Source: the human T2T-CHM13v2.0 reference genome, Homo sapiens
NCBI GenBank assembly: GCA_009914755.4
Contig: CP068257.2
Span: 928,001 to 992,000, forward strand
DNA length: 64,000 nucleotides
Reading direction: 5' to 3'
The position numbers and the translations under genes are program-made. The first letter of the stretch is position 1; each line of letters starts with the position of its first letter. Below, in pieces: positions 53,126-64,000 of this stretch. The notes under the pieces were generated by a model, which saw only the letters and a program-made list of their open reading frames with translations, was not told where the DNA came from and searched no databases.

Positions 53126-56100
53126 ACACATCTCTGAACTGATCAACAAAGTGATGTAACAATTGTCTAGGCTCTGCCTACAGGGGCTTTGTGAAATATC
53201 TCTTCACTGATCACCCAGGTGATGGGACTTTTGTCTAGGCTCTGCCTATGTGGGCATTGTGACATATCTCTACACTGATCACCCAGGTGATGTAACTCTT
53301 GTGTTGGATCTGCCTATGGGGGCATTGTGACATATTTCTACACTGATCATCCAGGTGATGGGACTCTTGTCTAGGCTCTGTGTATGGGGGTTTTTGACAT
53401 GTCTCTGCACTGATCACACAGGTGATGTAACGCTTGACTAGGCTCTGCCTACGAGGCATAGTGACATATCACTGCATTGATCACCGAGGTGATGTAACTC
53501 TTCTCCAGGCTCTGACTATAGGGGGCCTTGTGACATATATCTGCACTGATCATCTAGGTGATGTAACTCTTGCTTATTCTCTGCCTGCAGAGGTATTGTG
53601 AAATATCTCTGCACTGATCACCCAGGTGACAGGACTCTTCTCTAGGCTGTGCCTCCTGTGGGCATTCTCACATATATCTGCACTGATCACCCAGGTGACA
53701 CACTCTTTTCCTGGATTTGCCTATGGGGTCATTGTGACATATCTCTGCAGTGATCACCCAGGTGATTTAACTCTGGTCTCAGCTCTGCCTAAAGGGGTAT
53801 TGTGACAGATTTCTGCACTGATCATTCAGGTGATGTAAGTATTGTCTAGGCTCTGCTTAAAGGGGCATTGTCACATATCTCTGCACTGATCACCCAGGTG
53901 ATGTAACTCTTGTCTAGGCTCTGTTTACATTGGGTATTGTGAAATATCTCTGCACTGATCACCTAAGTGATGTAACACTTGTGTAGGCTCTGCCTACAGG
54001 GGCACTTTGACATACCTCTGCACTGTTAACCGAGGTGATGTGACTGTTGTCTAGGCTGTGCCCACAGTGGGATTGAGACATATCTCTGCGCTGATTCCGA
54101 GGTGATCCAACTATTGCCTGTTCTCTGCCTACTGGGGACATTGTGACATATCTCTGCACTGATCTCCCAGGTGCTGTAAATTTAGTCCAGGCTCTGGCTA
54201 CACGGCATTGTGACATATCTGCACTGATCACCCAGGTGATATAACTCTTGTCTAGGCTCTGCCTACAGGGGGCTTGTGACATATCCCTACACTGATCACC
54301 CAGGTGATATAACATTTGTGTAGCCTCTGCCTACAGGGGCTTGTGACATATCTCTACACCGATCACCCACGTGATATAACTCTTCTCTAGGATCTGCCTA
54401 CATTGTGCTTTGTGACATATCCATGCAGTGATGACCCAGGTGATATACCATTGTCAAGGCTCTGCCTACAGTGGCTTTGCGATTTATCTCTGCACTGATC
54501 ACCTAGGTCATGTAACTCTTGCCTAGGCTCTGCTTACAGTGGCATTGTGTCATATCTCTGCAATGATCACCCAGGTGATGTAACTATTTTCTGGGATCTG
54601 CCTACTGGGTGCTTTGTGACATATCCCTGCAATGATCACCCAGGTGATGTACCACTTGTCAAGGCTCTGCCTACAGGGACATTGCGATGTGTCTCTGCAC
54701 TGACCACCTAGGACATGTAACCCTTGTCTAGGCTCTGCCTACAGTGGCATTGTGACATATCTCTGCACTCATCATCCAAGTGATGTAACACTTGTCTTGG
54801 ATCTGCTTAAAGGGACTTTGCGACATAACTCTGCGCTGATCATCCAGGTGATGGGACTTTTGTCTAGGCTCTGCCTAAGGGGGCATTGTGACATATTTCT
54901 GCACTGTTCACACAGGTGACCGACTCTTGTCTTGGATCTGCCTATGGGGGCATTGTGACATATCTCTGCACTGGTCACCCAGGTGATGTAACTGTTGTAT
55001 AAGCTCTGCCTACAGGGGAATTGTGAGAGATCTCGCCACTGATTAACCAAGTGATTTAACTATTTTCTAGGCTTTGCCTACAGGGGGCTTTGTGACATAC
55101 CTTTGCACTGATAAGCCAGGTGATGTAACTCATCTAAGTTCTGCCTAAGGGAGCTTTGTGACATATCTCTGCACTGACCATGTAGGTGATGTAACACTTT
55201 TATAAGCACTGCCTGCAAGGAATTTTGACAAATCTCTGCCCTGATCACCTAGGTGATGTAAATCTTGTCTACCGTCTCCCCAAAGGGGCCATTGGGAAAT
55301 ATCTCTGCACTCATAACCCAGGTGATTCTACTCTTGTCTAGGATCTGCCTAAAGGGGGTATTGTGAAATTTCTCTGCACTGATCAACTAGGTGATGTAAC
55401 TCTTGTCTAGGCTCTGTCTACCGGGGCGTTTTCACATATCCCTGAACTGATGACAAAGGTGATGTAACTCTTGCCTAGGCTTTGCCTACAGGGGACATTG
55501 TGACATATCTCTGTACTGATGACCCAGGTGATGCAACTCTTCTCTATGCTCTGCCTACAGGGGACATTGTGACACATCTCTGAACTGATCACCCAGGTGA
55601 TGCAACTCTTCTCTATGCTCTGCCTACAGGGGGCATTGTGACATATCTCTACACCGATCACCCAGGTGATGTAACTCCTTTCTAGTCTCTGCCTACCTAG
55701 GGCGTTGTGACATCACTCTGCACGGATCACCCGGGTTATGTAACTCTTGTCTAAGCTAACCTATCAGGGCATTGTGAATTATCTCTGCACTGACCACCCA
55801 GGAGATGTGACTCTTGTCAATGCTCTGCCTAGAGAGACATTGGGACATATCTCTGCACTGATCACTGAGGTGATGTAAAATTTGTCTAGGCTTCGCCTAC
55901 AGTGGGATTTATGACATATCTCTGCACTGATCACCCAGGTGATGTAACTCTTGTCTGGGCTCTGCCTACAGGGGCATTTTCACATATCACTGCACTGATC
56001 ACCGAGATGATGTAACTGTTGTATAGGCTTCGCCGACAGGGGACTTTGAGACATATCTCTGCACTGATCACCCAGGTGCTGCAACTCTTTTCTGGGATCT

Positions 56101-58214
56101 GCTTACAGGGGACATTGTGACATATCTCTGTCCTGATCACCCAGGTGATGTAACTCTTGTCTAGGCTCTGCCTACTGGAGGCATTGTGACATATCTCCGC
56201 ACTGATCACCCAGGTGGTGTCATTTTTGTCAAGGATATGGCCAGAGGGACATTGTGACATGTCACTGCACTGATCACACAGCTGATGTAACCCTTGTCTA
56301 GGCTCTGGATACAGGGGGCTTGTGACACATTTCTGCACTGATCACCCAGGTGATGGAACCGTTGTCTAGGCTCTGCCAAAAGGGGTTATTGTGACATAAC
56401 TCTGCAGTGATCACCGAGGTGATTGGACGCTGGTCTAGGCTCTGCCTACAGGGGCATTGTGACATATCTCTGCAGTGATCACGCAGGTGATGTAACTCTT
56501 GTCTATATCTACCTACTGGTGGAGTTGTGGCATATTTCAGCACTGGTCACCCAGGTGATGGACTCTTGTCTTGGATCTGCCTATGGGGGTATAGTGACAT
56601 ATCTCTGCACTGATCACTCATGTGATGTAACGCTTGTCTAAGCTGCGTCTAAAGGGGAATTGTGACAGATATCTCCAGTGATCCCCCAGGTGATGTATCA
56701 ATTTTCTGGGATTTGTCTACAGGGGGCTTTGTGACATATCTTTGCACTGATCACCCAGGTGATGTAACTGTTGTCTAGGCTCCACCTACAGGGGATATTG
56801 TGACGTATCTCTGCACTGATCACCCAGGTGATGTAACATTTATCCAGCCTCTGCCTACAGGGGCGTTTTGGCGTATCTCTGCACAGATCACCTAGGCTAT
56901 GTAACTCTTATCCACTCTCTGCCTACACGGGTCATTGTGAAATATCTCTGCCCTGATCAACCAGGTGATGGTACTCTTCTCTATACACTGCCTAGAGGGG
57001 GATTTGTGACATATCTCTGCACTGATCACCCAGGTGATGGAATTCTTGTCTAGGCTCTGTCTATGAGGGCATTTTGTCAAATATCTGCACTGATCACCCA
57101 GGTGATGTAACTATTCTCTAGGCTCTGTCTACAGGGATTTTAATGACATATCACTGCACTGATCACCTAGGTGGTGTAAGCCTTGTATGGGCTTTGCATA
57201 CAGAAGGCTTTGTGACATAGTCTATGCACTGATCTCTGAGGTGATGCTACTCTTGTCTAGGCACTGCCTACAGGGGTCATTGATATATATCTCTGCACTG
57301 ATCACCCAGGTGATGGACTCTTGTCTTAGATCTGCCTACATGTATATTCTGACACATATCTGAACTGATCAACCAAGTGATGAAACACTTGTCTAGTCTC
57401 TGCCTTCAGGGGCTTTGTGACACATCTCTTCACTGATAACCCTGGGGAGGGAACTCTTGTCTACACTCTGCCTACAGGAGGCTTTATGACTTTTACCTGC
57501 ACTGATAACCCAGGTGATGTAACACTTGTCTAGGCTCTGCTACAAGGGAATTCTCACATATCTCTGCACTGATCACCCAGGTGATGTAACTCCTGTCTAG
57601 GTTCAGCTACAGGAGCGTTTTGACATATCTCTGCACTGATCACCGAGGTGATGTAACCCTTGTCTAACCTCTGCCTAAAGGAGCATTGAGACAGATCTCT
57701 CCACTGCTCACCCAGGTGTTGTAACTATTGTCTGGGCTTTGCCTACAGGGGGCTTTGTGATATACATTTCCACTGATCAAACAGGTGATGTAACCCTTGT
57801 CAAGGTTCTGCTTACAGGGGCTTTGTGACATATCTCTTCCCTGATCACCCCAGGGAGGAAACACTTGTCTACACTCCGCCTACAGGAGGCTTTACAAACT
57901 ATCCCTGCACTGATCACTAGGAGATGTAACATTTCTAGGCTCTGTCTACACGGGAATTTTCACATATCTCTGCACTGATCACCTAAGTGATGTAACCCTT
58001 GTGTTGGTTGAGCCTACTGGGGATTTCTGACATACCTCTGCACTGATCACCGAAGTGATGTAAATCATTTCCAGGCTTTTTGTACAGGGGACATTGTGAT
58101 ATATCTCTGCACTTATCACCCAAATAATGCAAATCTTCTCTAGGCTCCACAGGGAGGGGGCATTGTGACATATTTCTGAACTTATCATCCAGGAGATGTA
58201 GCTCTTCTCCAGGC

Positions 58215-58215
<1 letters not shown>
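53125..58215. repeat. Diverged beta-satellite block between DUX4L copies 3 and 4 (5.1 kb, the longest spacer).
   Basis: 68-bp periodicity. 53,700-55,660 parallels the monomer order of the HOR array. 55,660-58,205 is homologous to 34,560-37,300. Confidence 0.8.
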
Positions 58216-60949
<2,734 letters not shown>

Positions 60950-60950
<1 letters not shown>

Positions 60951-63900
60951 CATGACACATCTTTGAACTGATCAACAAAGTGAGGTAACACTTGTCTAGG
61001 CTCTGCCTACAGGGGCTTTGTGACATATCTCTGCACTGATCACCCACGTGGTGGGACTTTTGTCTAGGCTCTGCCTATGGGGGCATTGTGACATATCTCT
61101 ACACTGATCACCCAGGTGATGTAACTCTTGTGTTGGATATGTCTGTGGGGGCATTGCGACATATTTCTGCACTGATCACCCAGGTGATGGGACTCTTGTC
61201 TAGGCTCTGTGTATGGGGGCTTTGTGACATATCTCTGCACTGATCACCCAGGTGATGTAACGCTTGATTAGGCTCTGCCTACGGGGCATAGTGACATATC
61301 ACTGAATTGATAATCGAGGTGATGTAACTCTTGTCCAGGCTCTGCCTATAGGGGGTCTTGTGACATATCTCTGCACTGATCACGTAGGTGATGTAACTCT
61401 TGCTTACGCTCTCCCTGCAGGGGCATTGTGAAATATCTCTGCACTGATCACCCAGGTGATGGGACTCTTCTCTAGGCTCTGCTTACTGGGGGAATTGTCA
61501 CATATGTCTGCACTGATAACCCAGGTGACGGACTCCTGTCTTTGATTTGCCTATGGGGGCATTGTGACATATCTCTGCACTGATCACCCAGGTGATGTCA
61601 CTCTGGTCTAAGCTCTGCCTAAAGGAGCATTGTGACAGTTCTCTGCACTGATCACTCAGGTGATGTCACTATTGTCTAGGCTCTGCTTAAAAGAGCCTTG
61701 TCACATATGTCTGCACAGATCATCCAGGTGATGTAACTCTTGTCTAGGCTCTTCTTACAGGGGGTATAGTGACAAATCTCTGCACTGATCACCTAAGTGT
61801 TGTAACACTTGTGTAGGCTCTGCCAACAGGGGGATTTTGACATATCTCTGCACTGTTAACCGAGGTGACGTAACTCTTGTCGAGGCTGTGCCCACAGGGG
61901 GATTGAGACATATCTCTGCACTGATGCCGGGGTGTTCTAACTCTTGCCTGGTCTCTGCCTACTGGGGTTACTGTGACATATCTCTGCACCAATCTCCCGG
62001 GTGCTGTAACTTTAATCTAGGCTCTGGTTACACGGAATTGTGACATATCACTGCACCCAAGTGATATAACTCTTGTCTAGGCTCTGTCTACATTGTTCTC
62101 GTGAGATATCTCTGCCCTGATCACCCAGGTGACATAACTCTTCTCTAGGATCTGCCTACAGGGTTCTATGTGACATATCCCTGCAATGATCACCCAGGTG
62201 ATATACCACTTGTCAAGGCTCTGCCAACAGGGGCATTGCGACACATCTCTGCACTGATCACCCAGGTAGTGTAACTGTTGTATAAGCTCTGCCTACAGCG
62301 GAATTGTGAGAGATCTCGCCACTGATCACCCAAGTGATGTAACAATTTTCTAGGCTTTGCCTATAATGGACTTTGTGACATACATTTGCACTGATCACCC
62401 AGGTGATGTAACTCATCTAAGTTCTGCCTACAGGAGCTTTGTGACATATCTCTGCACTGATCACTTAGGGTATGTAACAGTTTAATAAGCACTGCCTACA
62501 GGGAAATTGGACAAATCTCTGCACTGATCACCTAGGTGATGTAACTCTTGTCTACCCTCTGCCCAAAGGGGGCATTGTGAAATATCTCTGCAATGATCAC
62601 CCAGGTGATTCTACTCTTGTCTAGGATCTGCCCACAGGGGGTATTGTGAAATATGTCTACACTGATCAACTAGGTGATATAACTCCTGTCTAGGCTCTGC
62701 CTACAGGGGCGTTTTCACATATCCCTGAACTGATGACAAAGGTGATGTAACTCTGGCCTAGGCTTTGCCTACAGGGGACATTGTGACATATCCCTGCACT
62801 GATCACCCAGGTGATGCAACGCTTCTCTATGCTCTGCCTACAGCGGACATTGTGACATATCTCTGCACTGATCACCCAGTTGATGCAACTCTTCTCTATG
62901 CTCTGCCTACAGGGGGCATTGTGACATATTTCTGCACTGATCAACCAGGTGATGTAACTCTTTTCTAGTCTCTGCCGACAGAGGGCGTTGTGACATCACT
63001 CTGCACGGATCACACGGTTTATGTAAATCTTGACTAGGCTCTGCCTACGGGGGCATTTTCACATATCACTGCACTGATCACCGAGATGATGTAACTCTTG
63101 TATAGGCTTCGCCGACAGGGGGCATTGAGACATATCTCTGCACTAATCACCGAGGTGATGCAACTGTTGTCTGGGATCTGCTTACAGGCGGCATTGTGAC
63201 ATATCTCTGCCCTGATCACCCAGGTGATGTAACTCTTGTCTAGGCTCTGCCTACTGGAGACATTGTGACATATCTCCGCACTGATCACCCAGTTGATGTC
63301 ACTATTGTCAAGGATATGGCTATAGAGACATTGTGACATGTCACTGCACTGATCACAGAGCTGATGTAACTCTTGTCTAGGCTCTGGCAACAGGGGGCTA
63401 GTGACACATCTCTGCACTGATCACACAGGTGATGTAACTCTGTTCTAAGCTCTGCCTAAAGGGGCATTGTGACAGATCTCTGCACTGAGCACTCAGGTGG
63501 TGTAACTATTGTCTAGGCTCTGCTTAAAGGGGCCTTGTCACATATCTCTGCACTGATCACCCAGGTGATGTAACTCTTGTCTAGGCTCTGCTTACAGGGG
63601 GTATTGTGACATAACCCTGCACTGATCACCTAAGTGATGTAACACTTATGTAGTCTCTGCCTACAGTGGCATTTTGACATATCTCTGCACTGTTAACCGA
63701 GGTGATGAAACTCGTGTCTAGTCTGTGCCCACAGGGGGATTGGGACATATCTCTGCACTGATCCCGAGGTGATCCAACTCTTGCCTGGTCTCTGCCTACT
63801 GGGGACATTGTGACATACCTCTGCTCTGATCACCCAGGTGCTGTAACTTTAGTGTAGGCTCTGGCTACACGGCATTGTGACATATCACTGCACTGATTAC

Positions 63901-64000
63901 CCAGGTGATATAACTCTTGTCTAGGCTCTGCCTACAGGGGGCTTGTGACATATCTCTGCACTGATCACCCAGGTGATATAACTCTTCTCTAGGATCTGCC
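60950..64000. repeat. Diverged beta-satellite block 5' of DUX4L copy 4. It runs to the window edge; the macro-repeat probably continues beyond it.
   Basis: The spurious ORF '[63 protein letters not shown]' at 61789 is ~830 bp from the copy-4 boundary, as after copies 1-3. The 'gggcgttgtgacatcactctgcacgg' landmark is at 62,975. Confidence 0.8.

Overview
This window is human-type eukaryotic satellite DNA, not a prokaryotic gene neighbourhood. All 64 kb is tandem ~68-bp beta-satellite (Sau3A-type, one GATC per monomer) in a single orientation, plus one mobile element and four DUX4-like pseudogenes.

Positions 1 to ~34,560 are a young, highly homogeneous beta-satellite array organised as a ~1,974-bp higher-order repeat (HOR) of 29 monomers. 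It shows 28-monomer length variants, one 9-monomer (612-bp) internal duplication, and a second-level 5,854-bp super-repeat made of three HOR variants. The array becomes steadily more divergent after ~26.4 kb.

From ~34,560 to 64,000 an older, diverged composite repeat takes over: four truncated D4Z4-like units of ~2.75 kb each, all on the minus strand, spaced 5.9 to 7.9 kb apart by homologous beta-satellite blocks. Each unit carries a GC-rich 5' region, a TATA/TACAA-like box ~140 bp upstream of the ATG, the two-homeobox DUX4-like reading frame, and a 3' region that includes pLAM/exon-3-like sequence. All four reading frames are pseudogenes with different disabling mutations. Copy 3 is the best preserved, with both homeodomains in frame and only two nonsense codons. 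Copies 2 and 4 share a CGA>TGA nonsense in homeobox 1. Copy 4 has lost its stop codon.

A young AluY with poly(A) tail and perfect 14-bp target-site duplications is inserted in a beta-satellite monomer at 42,327..42,634. The many ORFs in the six-frame track that lie in the satellite are artefacts of a stop-poor repeat frame, not genes. I found no credible intact protein-coding gene, RNA gene or CRISPR array.

The most interesting biology is the multi-level satellite architecture and the DUX4L/beta-satellite macro-repeat, whose 3' ends sit in the same configuration as the 4qA pLAM but lack a poly(A) signal. Chromosome assignment is not possible from sequence alone; this structure is known from acrocentric short arms and other DUX4L/beta-satellite loci.
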